This document shows, piece by piece, positions 8,913 to 19,161 of a stretch of 64,000 nucleotides of DNA. Position 1 is the stretch's first letter. Each line of letters starts with the position of its first letter. The position numbers and the translations under genes were made by a program. Origin of the DNA: Treponemataceae bacterium (lineage in GTDB: Bacteria > Spirochaetota > Spirochaetia > Treponematales > Rectinemataceae); assembly GCA_963678065.2 (NCBI GenBank), contig CAXXVZ010000004.1, positions 544,001-608,000 on the forward strand. The letters run 5' to 3'. Below the pieces are notes generated by a model. That model saw nothing but the letters and a program-made list of their open reading frames with translations, did no database searches and was not told where the DNA came from.

Positions 8913-10955
8913 TCACGCCATCGAAGCCAACTCTTCCGCCACGGCTATCCACTCCTCGTTGAGTCGAGCCGCCTCGGCCTCGAGTTCCGCGACTGAATCC
9001 GCGAGCTTCTTCATCGCCACACCGTCCGAGTAGTTGCGCGGCAGGCCCATCTCCCGTTCGGCAGCCTGTTTCTGCAAGCCGATCGCGCCGAGGCGGTCGA
9101 GTATCTCCTGCTCCCGCTTCGCGACCTTGCGGACCCTGGCCTTGCGCGCCTTCTCCTCTTCCCAGGAAAGCGGAGCAGCGGGAGACATCGCGGCGCTGTC
9201 CGGGTCGTTTCCCGCGCCCGCGCGTGAGGCGAAGGATACCGCCCCAGCCTGCCCCGACAGAGCAGCGGCGCGGACTTCCGGGCGGACTTCCGTTCGCCCT
9301 CCCGCGCCGGGAGAAAGCGGTGAGAATGAGGTCTCCGCGGCGAGAGCGGCCTTTTTTTCAAGATAGTAGCGGTAATCGCCGACATAGAGCCGCGGGCTCG
9401 TGCCCGACTCGAGCTCGAGGACGCGGTCTGCCAGCTCTTCGATGAAGCCGCGATCGTGGGACACGAAGAGGACGGTACCTTCGAAGGATCTGAGCGCTTC
9501 CAGGAGCACATCCTTGGAGGTGAGGTCGAGGTGGTTGGTTGGTTCGTCCAGGATGAGGAGATTGGCCGGGTGCAGGAGCATCTTGAGGAGGGCCAGCCTC
9601 GAACGCTCGCCTCCCGAGAGGACGTTCAGCGGTTTTTCGACATCGTCGCCCCGGAAGAGGAAGGCGCCGAGCATGTTGCGCACCTTGGGCAGAAGCTCGT
9701 TGGGGCAGACCGATTCGAGTTCGGCCTCCACGCTGTGGATGCCTTCCATCTTCTCGGCCGTATCCTGCGCAAAGTAGGCCGGCACGATGCCTGAACCGAA
9801 ACGTATCGAACCGGAATAGTCGGTATCGGTTCCCGCGATGAGGCGCATGAGTGTCGATTTTCCCGCCCCGTTCGGACCAACGAGGGCCACTTTCATGCCG
9901 CGATCGATCTCGACACCGAAGTCCCCGATAACTCTGTTTTCACCGTAGGATTTCGTGAGATTCTCGATCCTGACCGCTACCTTGCCCGAGTGCGGGGCGG
10001 GCGGAAAAGCGAAATGGATGTGCTTCATGCCCTCGGGAATCTCGATGGGAACGATCTTCTCGAGCATCTTGACCCGGCTCTGCACCTGGGAAGCCTTGGA
10101 CGCCTTGTAGCGGAAGCGGCGAATGAAATCCTCGAGTTTCTGGATCTCCTCCTGCTGACGCCCCCAGGACTCGAAGATCGCGTCGAGTTCCTTCGACCTG
10201 CGCTCCTCGTACTGGCTGTAGGTCCCCGGATAGCGGGTCAGCTTTCCGCCGAAGAGCTCATAGACTTCCTTCACGGTCACGTCGAGGAAGTAGCGGTCGT
10301 GCGAGACGATGAGGACGCCTCCTTTGTAGGAGGAGAGGAAGGACTCGAGCCAGGATCGCGCCTCCAGGTCGAGATAGTTCGTCGGCTCGTCGAGGAGCAT
10401 GATGTCGGGGTTTTCAAGGAGAACCCTGGCGAGGGCGACGCGCATCTGCCAGCCGCCGGAGAACTCGAGAGCCGGGCGCCCGAAGTCGCTCTCGGAAAAG
10501 CCGAGGCCCATGAGGATTTCGCGTATCCTGTCCGCGCGGCGATGGTATCCCGTCCCCTCCACTGCCTCTTCGATGGCCTGGTGCTCTTCGAGAAGGCGGG
10601 CGGTCAACCTTGTATCGCTCGTCGAGTCCGCGAGAAGGCGACCGATCTCTTCCTGCCTGGCGAGCATATCGCCGACGAAGGCGAAGGCCTTCTCAGCCTC
10701 TCCGGAAACGGAATCTGATCCGACGACGACGCCGGTCTGCGGAAGGTAGGAAATCCTCGCGCCCTTGGTTATGGCCCTGTCGCCCGAATCGGGCCTGACC
10801 TGTCCGACGGCGATTTTCATGAGGGTGGACTTGCCGGTTCCGTTGGGTCCGGCGAGGGCCGCGCGGGTTCCCGCCGCGAGGTAGAAGCTCGCGTTTTTCA
10901 GGAGGTCCCGCGCCCCGAAGGCGAGGCTCACATCTGTGAATTGGACAAAAGCCAT
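8913..10955 (-). CDS. ABC-F family ATP-binding protein
   Basis: Two ABC domains (GPNGTGKST/FSGGW/LLDEPTN and GPNGAGKST/LSGGE/ILDEPTN), no TM segments, C-terminal coiled coil. Confidence 0.93.
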   Translation of the reverse strand: MAFVQFTDVSLAFGARDLLKNASFYLAAGTRAALAGPNGTGKSTLMKIAVGQVRPDSGDRAITKGARISYLPQTGVVVGSDSVSGEAEKAFAFVGDMLARQEEIGRLLADSTSDTRLTARLLEEHQAIEEAVEGTGYHRRADRIREILMGLGFSESDFGRPALEFSGGWQMRVALARVLLENPDIMLLDEPTNYLDLEARSWLESFLSSYKGGVLIVSHDRYFLDVTVKEVYELFGGKLTRYPGTYSQYEERRSKELDAIFESWGRQQEEIQKLEDFIRRFRYKASKASQVQSRVKMLEKIVPIEIPEGMKHIHFAFPPAPHSGKVAVRIENLTKSYGENRVIGDFGVEIDRGMKVALVGPNGAGKSTLMRLIAGTDTDYSGSIRFGSGIVPAYFAQDTAEKMEGIHSVEAELESVCPNELLPKVRNMLGAFLFRGDDVEKPLNVLSGGERSRLALLKMLLHPANLLILDEPTNHLDLTSKDVLLEALRSFEGTVLFVSHDRGFIEELADRVLELESGTSPRLYVGDYRYYLEKKAALAAETSFSPLSPGAGGRTEVRPEVRAAALSGQAGAVSFASRAGAGNDPDSAAMSPAAPLSWEEEKARKARVRKVAKREQEILDRLGAIGLQKQAAEREMGLPRNYSDGVAMKKLADSVAELEAEAARLNEEWIAVAEELASMA

Positions 10956-10973
10956 GGGTTATACCTGTGTATG

Positions 10974-12293
10974 TCAGTGGCTGGCAGGGAAGGTGACGGT
11001 TCCTGCGGTCTGGTCCGCCTCGACGGCCTTGTTAGTTGCAGGATCCGTCATGGCCCTGGCGAGGATGAATCCATCAGGGCCTATCCGGTAGAGATAATCG
11101 GCCCAGGGGATGTCGGAACCGGAAAAATCGAGGGACAGGACCCCGTCCCAGCTCGCCGCCAGCGACTCGTCGATGCCGAGCCGCATGGCGATGGTGCCGG
11201 AATCTCCGGCTCCTTGGGGGATGAACCCAGCGGGGAGGCTCTCCTTGCCGGTCCAGGAGAATTTTCCCGAGCTGCCGAAGGAGAATTTTCCGACGCCGGG
11301 AGCCGAATAGCTCACGCTGGGCGTGGTGGCGGGAAGGCCTTCGGCCGAGGCCGCGGCGGAGACAAAGGCTACGAGCCTGTCCTGGCGGGCAAGTTCCTCC
11401 TTTCGGATCTCCGCGCGAATGTCTGTCGTGGGGACGACGAATTCCTGACTGTCCGTCCATCGGGCGAGGATGCGGTTCTCGCCGAGGAAGGAGATCACGA
11501 GGGGGCTGCCCTCAAAGAGGGCGGAGCCCGAGGATTCCGTGATCGAGGTATAGTTGAAGGTGTTGGACTGGCCGGGAAGTTCGACCCGGATCTGTTTGTG
11601 CACGGCGTCGGCGAAAAGGCCGAATCTCTGGGAGAAACGCTCGAGGTCGATGCTGCCGGAGTCGATCATGTCCTGGAAGTACGAGGGTCGCCATGTGCTG
11701 GCGAAGAGTGAGTCGATGTGGGAGGAGAAATCGCCTCCATCGGCTCCGGCCAGGGAACCCGATTCGGACTCGTGGTAGAGCTTCATGGCGTAGCTGAACA
11801 CATAGCCGGTCGTGCCGTCGTCGGCCATGACCTTGTACCAGTCGCCCGGAAGGGCTTTGCCGCCCGTGGAGACCGTCTCGCCTTCAACCTTGGCGAAAAC
11901 CTTGACCGATTGTCCCTGACGCAGTTTGAAAACACGCTTTCCCGCGTTGGTGGGCTTGTCCCGTATCGGGACGCTGTCGCGGGTGGCGCTCATGAAGACA
12001 TCGAGGTAGTCGGCAAAATCCTTGACACGCCGCGCGGCCCCAGCTTTTGTACGGAAAAGCTCGAGGCGCCACTGCTCGACTTCCATCTTGTCGCGGGCTG
12101 CGCCGGGCTTGCCGATCACGTAGACTTTGCCGATGTCGGACTTGATGTAGACGGGGACGACGCTTCCCGTGGGGACGGAACCATCGGGCAGGGACCAGAC
12201 TATGACGCCCCAGCCGAGACGGGGCGTGCACGAGGAGGCGAGGCAGAGGACGGCGATAAGGAGGATGGCCGAAAGGGCCAGAGATTTTCGCAT
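10974..12293 (-). CDS. SH3-domain-containing lipoprotein (hypothetical)
   Basis: Lipobox-like LASSC; bacterial SH3-like segment (IRDKPTNAGKRVFKLRQGQSVKV...WYKVMADDGTTGYVF). Confidence 0.65.
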   Translation of the reverse strand: MRKSLALSAILLIAVLCLASSCTPRLGWGVIVWSLPDGSVPTGSVVPVYIKSDIGKVYVIGKPGAARDKMEVEQWRLELFRTKAGAARRVKDFADYLDVFMSATRDSVPIRDKPTNAGKRVFKLRQGQSVKVFAKVEGETVSTGGKALPGDWYKVMADDGTTGYVFSYAMKLYHESESGSLAGADGGDFSSHIDSLFASTWRPSYFQDMIDSGSIDLERFSQRFGLFADAVHKQIRVELPGQSNTFNYTSITESSGSALFEGSPLVISFLGENRILARWTDSQEFVVPTTDIRAEIRKEELARQDRLVAFVSAAASAEGLPATTPSVSYSAPGVGKFSFGSSGKFSWTGKESLPAGFIPQGAGDSGTIAMRLGIDESLAASWDGVLSLDFSGSDIPWADYLYRIGPDGFILARAMTDPATNKAVEADQTAGTVTFPASH

Positions 12294-12464
12294 CGTGGAT
12301 CGATTTTACACTCCGGGACCGGCATTGGACAAGCGAGAGAGCAGTCGGCACGCCGGCCGGAATCGCAGGCGATTGCGGGATGCGCGAAGCCGCTATACTA
12401 TTGGAATCTGGAAGGCCTGCTCCTTGAACGAGAGGACAGAGATCTTTCCTTCTGGAGGATGGCA

Positions 12465-13472
12465 ATGAAGGGCAAAAACGGCATCGTCGCCGGGATCGAT
12501 CTCGGCGGCACGAAAATACTCGCGGCCGTCTTCAAGGTCGAGGAAGGCAAGAAGGGAGAGGCGCGAAAACTCACCCTGATCTCCAGTGAAAAGGCAAAGA
12601 CTCCGAGGGAGGCCAGCGCGGAAGCCGTCATCGATGTCCTCGGGAAGACTGCGAGGGAAGCCCTCGCCGCAGCGGGAATTACCGCCAGCGCCCTCGACTC
12701 GATCGGAGTCGCCGTGCCCGGACCGCTCAACCGCAGGGATGGCATCGTCCTCTATACCCCCAACATGGGCTTCGAAAAATTCCCCCTCGCCGCGCGACTC
12801 GGCTCGCTCTTCGACGCGCCCGTCTATCTCGACAACGACGTGCAGTCGGGCGTCTTCGGCGAGCTGCGCTCCGGTGCCCTCAGGGGTATGCGCGACGCGG
12901 TCGGCATATTCGTCGGAACGGGCATCGGAGGAGGCCTCATCCTTGACGGAAAAATTTTCCGCGGCTCCTCTGGCTCGGCCGGCGAAATCGGCCACATGAT
13001 CCTCCTCGAGGGAGGGCCTCTGTGCGGCTGCGGGAACTACGGCTGTCTGGAAGCCCTCGCGTCCCGCACCGCTCTGACAAAAGACGCCATAGGCCTCGCC
13101 TCGGCGGGCAAGGCGCCCGGCCTCCTCGCCTCAGCGGGGACGGATTTCCGCAAGTGCCGCAGCTCCTCCATCGAGGAATCCATCCAGGCCGGAGACACCG
13201 CGGTCGCAAAGGCTTTGGACAGAACAGCCCACTGGCTCGGCATCGGCATGGCCAATGTCGTCCACCTCTTCAATCCGGAGGCCATCGTCCTCGGCGGCGG
13301 TGTGATGGAACGTTTCGGCCAGCGCATCCGGGAGACCGCCCGGAAGTCGATGGAGGCCCACCTCATGCCGGGACTCGCGAAGACGGTCGAGGTCCTCGTC
13401 TCCGAGCTCGGAGATTTCGCCGTGGCCACGGGAGCGGCCCACATGGCCCTCGAATCGGGCGGCGCTCGATGA
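12465..13472 (+). CDS. ROK family sugar kinase (glucokinase-like)
   Basis: GIDLGGTK, DND, GTGIGGG, GEIGH and CGCGNYGCLE motifs; GGAGG RBS; no N-terminal HTH. Confidence 0.9.
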   Translation: MKGKNGIVAGIDLGGTKILAAVFKVEEGKKGEARKLTLISSEKAKTPREASAEAVIDVLGKTAREALAAAGITASALDSIGVAVPGPLNRRDGIVLYTPNMGFEKFPLAARLGSLFDAPVYLDNDVQSGVFGELRSGALRGMRDAVGIFVGTGIGGGLILDGKIFRGSSGSAGEIGHMILLEGGPLCGCGNYGCLEALASRTALTKDAIGLASAGKAPGLLASAGTDFRKCRSSSIEESIQAGDTAVAKALDRTAHWLGIGMANVVHLFNPEAIVLGGGVMERFGQRIRETARKSMEAHLMPGLAKTVEVLVSELGDFAVATGAAHMALESGGAR

Positions 13473-15004
13473 CTGGCACCAACATCACCGCTGTCATCGA
13501 GATCGGCTCCACGGGGATCCGTCTCGTCATCGCCAGAATCGGCGGCACCCAGGATGTCGAGATCCTCGACCGGGCCGGAAAGCCGAGCAGGATAGGACGC
13601 GATGTCTTCACCCTCGGCCACATCACGCGGGAGGCGATGCGCGAGAGCATCGCGGTCCTCTCCGCCTTCAGGGAATTCCTCTCGGGCTACAAAATCCGCC
13701 CCGAGGAGGCGCGGGTCTTCGCGACGAGCGCCCTGCGGGAGGCCACCAACAGGGACACCTTCGTCGACAGGGTTTCGCTCCAGACAGGCTTCCGCATCAC
13801 GGTCGTCGAGGACATCGAGGAGAATCACCTCATGTACCTTGCCGTCCAGCACGCTCTCCAGGACGAACGGAAACGCCTCGCGCGCTCCAACGCCATGATC
13901 CTGGAAGTGGGCGGGGGCTCCACGGAAATCATGCTCTTGAGGAGAGGGAGGATGGTCGCCTCGCACTCCCTCCACATCGGAACCGTGAGGGTCAGCGAGC
14001 ATATCAAGGCGGCAGGCTCTTCTTCCGCCTACCTTCGCCAGTTTCTCGAGGACAATGTCCGGACAGTCTGCGACAGTCTCGAGGAAGACATACCTCTGGA
14101 CTCCATCAGAACCTTCATCGTCATCGGTTCGGACGCGAGGCTCGCCGCATCCCGGCTGGAAGGCGAAAAGACGGAGCACTACTCCGTCATACCCCGGGAA
14201 TCCTTCTCCTCCTTCGTCGAATCGACGGGACAGCTGTCCATCGAAGAATGCGTCGCCGATTTCCGCATTTCCTGGTCCGATGCGGAAGGTCTCGTCTCGG
14301 GCCTCGCCATCGAGAAACACTTTCTCGACAGGACAGGAGCGGATTTCGTCATCATCCCGGACGTGTCCATCCGCGAGGGCCTCCTCCTGGCCATTCTCAA
14401 GGGTCCCGACAACGAACTTGCGGCCGAAATGCACAGGCAGATCCTCGCGAGCACCGCGGCCCTCGGGCGGAAATTTCACTTCGACGAAAAACACGCGAAA
14501 ACCGTGACAGGCTATGCCCTGGCCATCTTCGACGCGCTGCTCCGGGACTACGGGCTCGACCGCAAGGCGAGACTCCTCCTCGAAGCCTCGTCGATGCTGC
14601 ACGACATCGGCACGATAATACGCTCCTCGGGGCACCACAAGCACGGCGAATACATCATCGCCAACTCGGAGATATTCGGCCTCAACAAGAACGACCTCAC
14701 TATCATCTCCAACGTCGTCCGCTACCACCGCAAGATGCCCCCCGCGCCGACCCATCTCAATTTCATAGCCCTGCCGCGGGAGGACAGGATACTCGTGACC
14801 AAGCTCGCAGCCATTCTCCGCGTCGCCGACGCCCTTGACCGCGGCCACGACGGGAAGGTCGGCAAGCTCACCTTCGAGAAGGTCGAGGATCGCTTCATCA
14901 TGCGGGCTGGAAACCGTCTGGATTTTTCGCTGGAACGACTCTCGATGACGGAGAAGAGCGACATGTTCAGCGAAGTCTTCGGGCTGGAGCCCGTACTCGC
15001 ATGA
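13469..15004 (+). CDS. ppx: Ppx/GppA exopolyphosphatase with HD domain
   Basis: EIGSTGIRL, ATSALREA, EVGGGSTE, IREG, LHDIG and YHRK motifs; ATGA overlap with the ROK gene. Confidence 0.88.
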   Translation: MTGTNITAVIEIGSTGIRLVIARIGGTQDVEILDRAGKPSRIGRDVFTLGHITREAMRESIAVLSAFREFLSGYKIRPEEARVFATSALREATNRDTFVDRVSLQTGFRITVVEDIEENHLMYLAVQHALQDERKRLARSNAMILEVGGGSTEIMLLRRGRMVASHSLHIGTVRVSEHIKAAGSSSAYLRQFLEDNVRTVCDSLEEDIPLDSIRTFIVIGSDARLAASRLEGEKTEHYSVIPRESFSSFVESTGQLSIEECVADFRISWSDAEGLVSGLAIEKHFLDRTGADFVIIPDVSIREGLLLAILKGPDNELAAEMHRQILASTAALGRKFHFDEKHAKTVTGYALAIFDALLRDYGLDRKARLLLEASSMLHDIGTIIRSSGHHKHGEYIIANSEIFGLNKNDLTIISNVVRYHRKMPPAPTHLNFIALPREDRILVTKLAAILRVADALDRGHDGKVGKLTFEKVEDRFIMRAGNRLDFSLERLSMTEKSDMFSEVFGLEPVLA

Positions 15005-15041
15005 AAAAAACCGCAAAAAGGCGACAACGGGGGAGTCCTGA

Positions 15042-17144
15042 ATGAGCGGCGCACACTATTTCAACCGCGAGCTTTCCTGGCTCGAGTTCAACGCGCGGGT
15101 CCTGGATCAGGCCATGAACGCCTCCACTCCCCTTCTGGAACGGCTCAAATTCCTCGGAATAGTCGCGTCAAATTTCGACGAGTTTTTCATGGTGAGGGTC
15201 GCCGCGATCAAATCCGCCATCCGCTGTGGCGACGCCAATCCCGACCCCTCGGGGATCCCGCCCTCCGCCCTCTTGCAGACCATAACGAGACGGGTCCGGG
15301 GAATAATCGAGGCGCAGTACGACTGTCTGATGAAGGACCTTCTGCCTGAACTGGCGCATGCCGGTCTCGCCCTCGCGCGACTCAAGGAGTGGAGTCCGGC
15401 GGAGCACAGGTGGATAGAGAATTACTTCGATCAGCGGGTATTTCCCCTCCTCACCCCTTTGCGGATCGAGGACGGAGACTTCCCCTCTACCGGGAACCTC
15501 AGGATCCACGTAGCCTTCGTCATGACCGACGAATCCGGCGAGGAAAAGTTCGCCATGGTTCAGGTACCCTCCGTTCTCGAACGCTTCGTACGGCTTGAAT
15601 CGGAGAATGCCGCGGGACAGGCACGCTATGCCCTCCTCGAGGACATGATCGAGGTCATGGGCCACCGACTCTTCCCTGGCAGCGATCTCGCGGGAACCGC
15701 GGTTTTCAAGGTCACGCGGGACGCCGATTCGCCGGTGGACGAAGAGCGCGACGAGGATTTCCTCACAGCTCTGGAAGACGTGCTCGCGGGAAGACAGAAT
15801 TCCCTGCCCGTGCGGCTTTCGATTTCCAGCCGGTCGGACTATCTGGCCGAAAGGCTCAGGATCGGGCTCGAGCTGGAGCCGGATGATGTCTACCGCCTGC
15901 CCGGCCCCGTCGACCTGCGAGGATTCATGGAATGGGCGGGTCAGGAAGGGCTCATGCCGGAAGCCGACAGGCTGCGCGACAAACCCTGGACACCTGTCAA
16001 GATGCCCGAACCGGAGGACACGGCCGCGATGTGGGAATCGATCCGCGCGCGCGACAGGCTCATCCACGTTCCCTATGAGTCCTTCGACCCCGTCATCCGC
16101 TTCGTCGATGCGGCGGCCGACGACCCGGAGGTCCTGGCCATCAAGATGACGCTCTACCGCACTTCGGGGGATTCGCCCATCATCAGGGCGCTGACGAGGG
16201 CTGCGCGCAACAGGAAGCAAGTCTGTGTCGTCGTCGAACTGAAAGCCCGCTTCGACGAGGAGAGGAACATCTCCTGGGCGAACAAACTCGAACAGGCAGG
16301 CGCCATAGTCGTGTATGGAATCGCGAGGCTCAAGGTGCACGCCAAGGCCGCCCTCGTGCTGCGCCGGGAGCGCGACGGGGGAATCGGGCGCTACCTCCAC
16401 CTGTCGACGGGGAACTACAACGACAGGACGGCCAGGCTCTATTCCGACCTTTCGATCATGACGGCCAACGCCGAGCTCTGCACGGAAGCTTCGCTCTTCT
16501 TCAACGCGATCACGGGCTACTCGAGCGTCCAGCGGCTGAAATCCCTCGCTGTCGCCCCCTTCGACCTGAAAGAGAGGCTGTTCTTCCTCATAGACAGGGA
16601 AATCCAGCGCTCGAGTCCGGAATCGCCCGGCCTCATCATGGCGAAGCTGAACGCCCTCGCCGATACGGAAATAATCGACGCCCTCTATCGGGCCGCGAAG
16701 GCCGGAGTCCACATACGGCTCAACATCCGGGGCGTCTGCACCCTCATCCCGGGCGTGAAGGGACTATCCGAGAATATAAGCGTGGTCAGTGTGCTCGGAC
16801 GCTATCTGGAACACGCGCGCATCCTCTATTTCCAGAACGGTGGCGCGGGCGAACTGTATCTGTCCAGCGCGGACTGGCTGCCGCGCAACCTCGAACGCCG
16901 CGTCGAACTCCTGTTCCCGGTTCTGGACGAGTCGATACGCAGGAGGGTCTTCGGCATCCTCGAATCCTATTTCCTGGACACCGTGCAGTCCTACCGGCTC
17001 TCCTCCTCGGGCAAGTGGCAGAGGATACATCCGCCGAAGGGAAGCGAGGCCTTCCAGGCCCAGGCCGCGCTCTACGAGCGAGTGAAGCGCATGCGGGATC
17101 TGGCCGAGGCGCCGCCCGAGGAACTTGTCGTCAGGAGACGTTAG
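15042..17144 (+). CDS. ppk1: polyphosphate kinase 1
   Basis: YFNRELSWLEFNARVL, NFDEFFMVRVA, IKMTLYRT, ELKARFDEERN, LKVHAK, TGNYN and YLEHAR motifs. Confidence 0.96.
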   Translation: MSGAHYFNRELSWLEFNARVLDQAMNASTPLLERLKFLGIVASNFDEFFMVRVAAIKSAIRCGDANPDPSGIPPSALLQTITRRVRGIIEAQYDCLMKDLLPELAHAGLALARLKEWSPAEHRWIENYFDQRVFPLLTPLRIEDGDFPSTGNLRIHVAFVMTDESGEEKFAMVQVPSVLERFVRLESENAAGQARYALLEDMIEVMGHRLFPGSDLAGTAVFKVTRDADSPVDEERDEDFLTALEDVLAGRQNSLPVRLSISSRSDYLAERLRIGLELEPDDVYRLPGPVDLRGFMEWAGQEGLMPEADRLRDKPWTPVKMPEPEDTAAMWESIRARDRLIHVPYESFDPVIRFVDAAADDPEVLAIKMTLYRTSGDSPIIRALTRAARNRKQVCVVVELKARFDEERNISWANKLEQAGAIVVYGIARLKVHAKAALVLRRERDGGIGRYLHLSTGNYNDRTARLYSDLSIMTANAELCTEASLFFNAITGYSSVQRLKSLAVAPFDLKERLFFLIDREIQRSSPESPGLIMAKLNALADTEIIDALYRAAKAGVHIRLNIRGVCTLIPGVKGLSENISVVSVLGRYLEHARILYFQNGGAGELYLSSADWLPRNLERRVELLFPVLDESIRRRVFGILESYFLDTVQSYRLSSSGKWQRIHPPKGSEAFQAQAALYERVKRMRDLAEAPPEELVVRRR

Positions 17145-18493
17145 GCTCCCGTGACGCCCGGATGCACACCGAATATCTCGCCGAGCAGGGTCTTCTGGAT
17201 CAGCTCTTCCCAGACGAACCAGGACGAATAGCTGCCGCGATTGACCATCGGGTCGGCGGCGGTCCCGCTTATCGAATACACGAATCCCCGTCCCGATTCC
17301 GGGTCGAACAGCGCGGCGCCGAGGTAGCCGTAGGCGTCGCCGTGGTGCCCCCACATGCGGACTCCACCTTCGGGGACGAGGCGGTCGCATCCGGACCCGT
17401 CCTGGCTGTCAGTCGTGCAGAAGAGGGCGAGCCCCGATTCGCGGGTCATCCCGTAATAGGATTCGCCGTTTTTCAACTCGGGGTCGTACTTCCAGCGCGT
17501 CGTCATCATGTCGCGCACCGAGCTCTCTGCGAGAACTCTTGCACTGCCACAGCGCCCGCCTTCCATGAAGACGCGCATCAGCTTCGAATAGTCCGCTGGG
17601 GAGATCCGGAGGCCCCCCTGGGGGGAGAACATAGTCCCGTTGCTGCCGATTTCGTAGGTCGAGAGCTCGGGAATCTGCCCTTCCGGACCTGGATTGTACC
17701 GCAGGGCGAGCTTTGGCCTCTTCCCGCGGTAATCGTCGACCTGGGGGAGCCAGGGGCCCGCGGGGTCCCAGGGACCTTCCGAGCCGGGCGCCTTGCGGTA
17801 GAGGGCGCCGATCTCGGCGAATGCCGCGTCGTCGAGGAGGTTGACGTTGTAGGATGCCACGACTCCGAGAGGATCGAGGACGCGGGACTGCATGTAGAGA
17901 TCGAAGCGTTCTCCCGTGACCATCTCCATGATGGTCGCGAGTACGCCGAAATTGAGGTTACAGTATTCGAAATACCTGCCGGGAGCGGTATCGCTCTCCG
18001 GAACGGGCGGCGCGAAGTGGCGGCCATCGGCGTAGAGGGGACTGCCCGGGGTGAACATTTCCTCGAGCCTGCCACCGAAGGGAACTGTGTAGTTCTCGTC
18101 GTCGCGCAGGGATGATGTGTGGGACAGGAGCATCGCCGCCGTGATTGGCAGCTCAGGGTGCTGCGGATGGCGCAGGCGGAACCCCAGGTAGTCCGACACA
18201 TCCCGGCCGAGATCGAGGAGCCCCTCTTCGACGAGCAACATGGCGCCGATGCAGGTGATGGGCTTAGACATGGAGGCGACGCGGAATTTGGTATCCCGGG
18301 TCACCGGAAGGTCGCAGGAAGGATCGGCCGGATCGATGCAGCGGCGCCCGAAGTATCCTTCGTACACAGTCTTTCCCGCCTCGACGGCGACCACGGCGAG
18401 CCCGGCCAGGGCCGGAAGCCTGGATCCTCCGACTTGATCCTCTGTCAGAGCCTCGAACAGGGAATCGACGCGCACTTCCGCTTCGGATTTCAT
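17141..18493 (-). CDS. serine hydrolase, beta-lactamase/class C-like family
   Basis: FRVASMSK (SxxK), LLSHTSSL, YCN (YxN) and GHHGD motifs. Confidence 0.88.
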   Translation of the reverse strand: MKSEAEVRVDSLFEALTEDQVGGSRLPALAGLAVVAVEAGKTVYEGYFGRRCIDPADPSCDLPVTRDTKFRVASMSKPITCIGAMLLVEEGLLDLGRDVSDYLGFRLRHPQHPELPITAAMLLSHTSSLRDDENYTVPFGGRLEEMFTPGSPLYADGRHFAPPVPESDTAPGRYFEYCNLNFGVLATIMEMVTGERFDLYMQSRVLDPLGVVASYNVNLLDDAAFAEIGALYRKAPGSEGPWDPAGPWLPQVDDYRGKRPKLALRYNPGPEGQIPELSTYEIGSNGTMFSPQGGLRISPADYSKLMRVFMEGGRCGSARVLAESSVRDMMTTRWKYDPELKNGESYYGMTRESGLALFCTTDSQDGSGCDRLVPEGGVRMWGHHGDAYGYLGAALFDPESGRGFVYSISGTAADPMVNRGSYSSWFVWEELIQKTLLGEIFGVHPGVTGA

Positions 18494-18537
18494 GGTTCAC
18501 TCCTTGCGGCCGTCATGATGGCCTTACGAGGCTTCGA

Positions 18538-18567
18538 TTGACAAGGTTCCGGGGCTCTCCCTACAAT
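18538..18567 (+). promoter_or_regulatory. sigma70-type promoter
   Basis: TTGACA-18 nt-TACAAT upstream of ORF 18601. Confidence 0.6.
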
Positions 18568-18600
18568 AATTTTCGTGCAAATTGAAGATCTTCGGGGAGG

Positions 18601-19119
18601 GTGATTGTGCCGGGCTTTCTCTACGGAACGATTCTCTCTCTCGCCACGGCGGGTTTTTCCTGGATCCTCACCCGCCTCGTCTTCGGCAATCTGTACTTTT
18701 TCGGCCGACTTCTGCCTGTCTTCATGGCCTTTTATCTTCTTGTCGCCTGGCTCATCCATCTCCGCAAAGACAATTTCATGGGAAGCGGCAGGAAGGCCGT
18801 CCAAAAATCCAAGGAAGAAAAAATTCCGCCCGCACCCGCCGAAGGAAGAAGCAACAACCCGCTTTCTCCGGGTTTCTTCGCCGATTTCTCCGAGGCTGTC
18901 CTGCCCCGGGGCCAGGCGGCCCGGACTGTCCAGGTCACGGACAAAACCGGGGGCCGGAGGCAGGGGGGCAGGAGAAACGGCAAATCCCTGTCCCTGCTCC
19001 GCGGTCTTCCCGCCGCCGACCACGGGCTTGCGCTCGTCTGGGCAGCCCTCTGGCTGGCCGCTATTTCCATATTCTTCTATTTTTCCTTCGGCGTCGGCGC
19101 GAAGTATTTCGTCCCATGA
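18601..19119 (+). CDS. hypothetical membrane protein
   Basis: GGGAGG RBS, upstream promoter, two N-terminal TM segments and one C-terminal TM segment. Confidence 0.6.
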   Translation: MIVPGFLYGTILSLATAGFSWILTRLVFGNLYFFGRLLPVFMAFYLLVAWLIHLRKDNFMGSGRKAVQKSKEEKIPPAPAEGRSNNPLSPGFFADFSEAVLPRGQAARTVQVTDKTGGRRQGGRRNGKSLSLLRGLPAADHGLALVWAALWLAAISIFFYFSFGVGAKYFVP

Positions 19120-19161
19120 AGTTCGACCTCGCCTTCCGCGAACCGGAGGAGGGGACCTCCA

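Noticed and set aside
11718..12464. Apparent long N-terminal extension of the ROK kinase (likewise ppx from 13022, oppD from 22067, udk from 52644)
   Set aside because: The extensions overlap neighbouring genes. Downstream starts coincide with where family homology begins, supported by an RBS or stop/start overlap in most cases.
13037..16712. 659-aa and 514-aa minus-strand ORFs
   Set aside because: Antisense shadows of ppx and ppk1.
17141..18493. Beta-lactamase resistance gene
   Set aside because: No signal peptide and only generic SxxK/YxN motifs; an esterase or peptidase is more likely.
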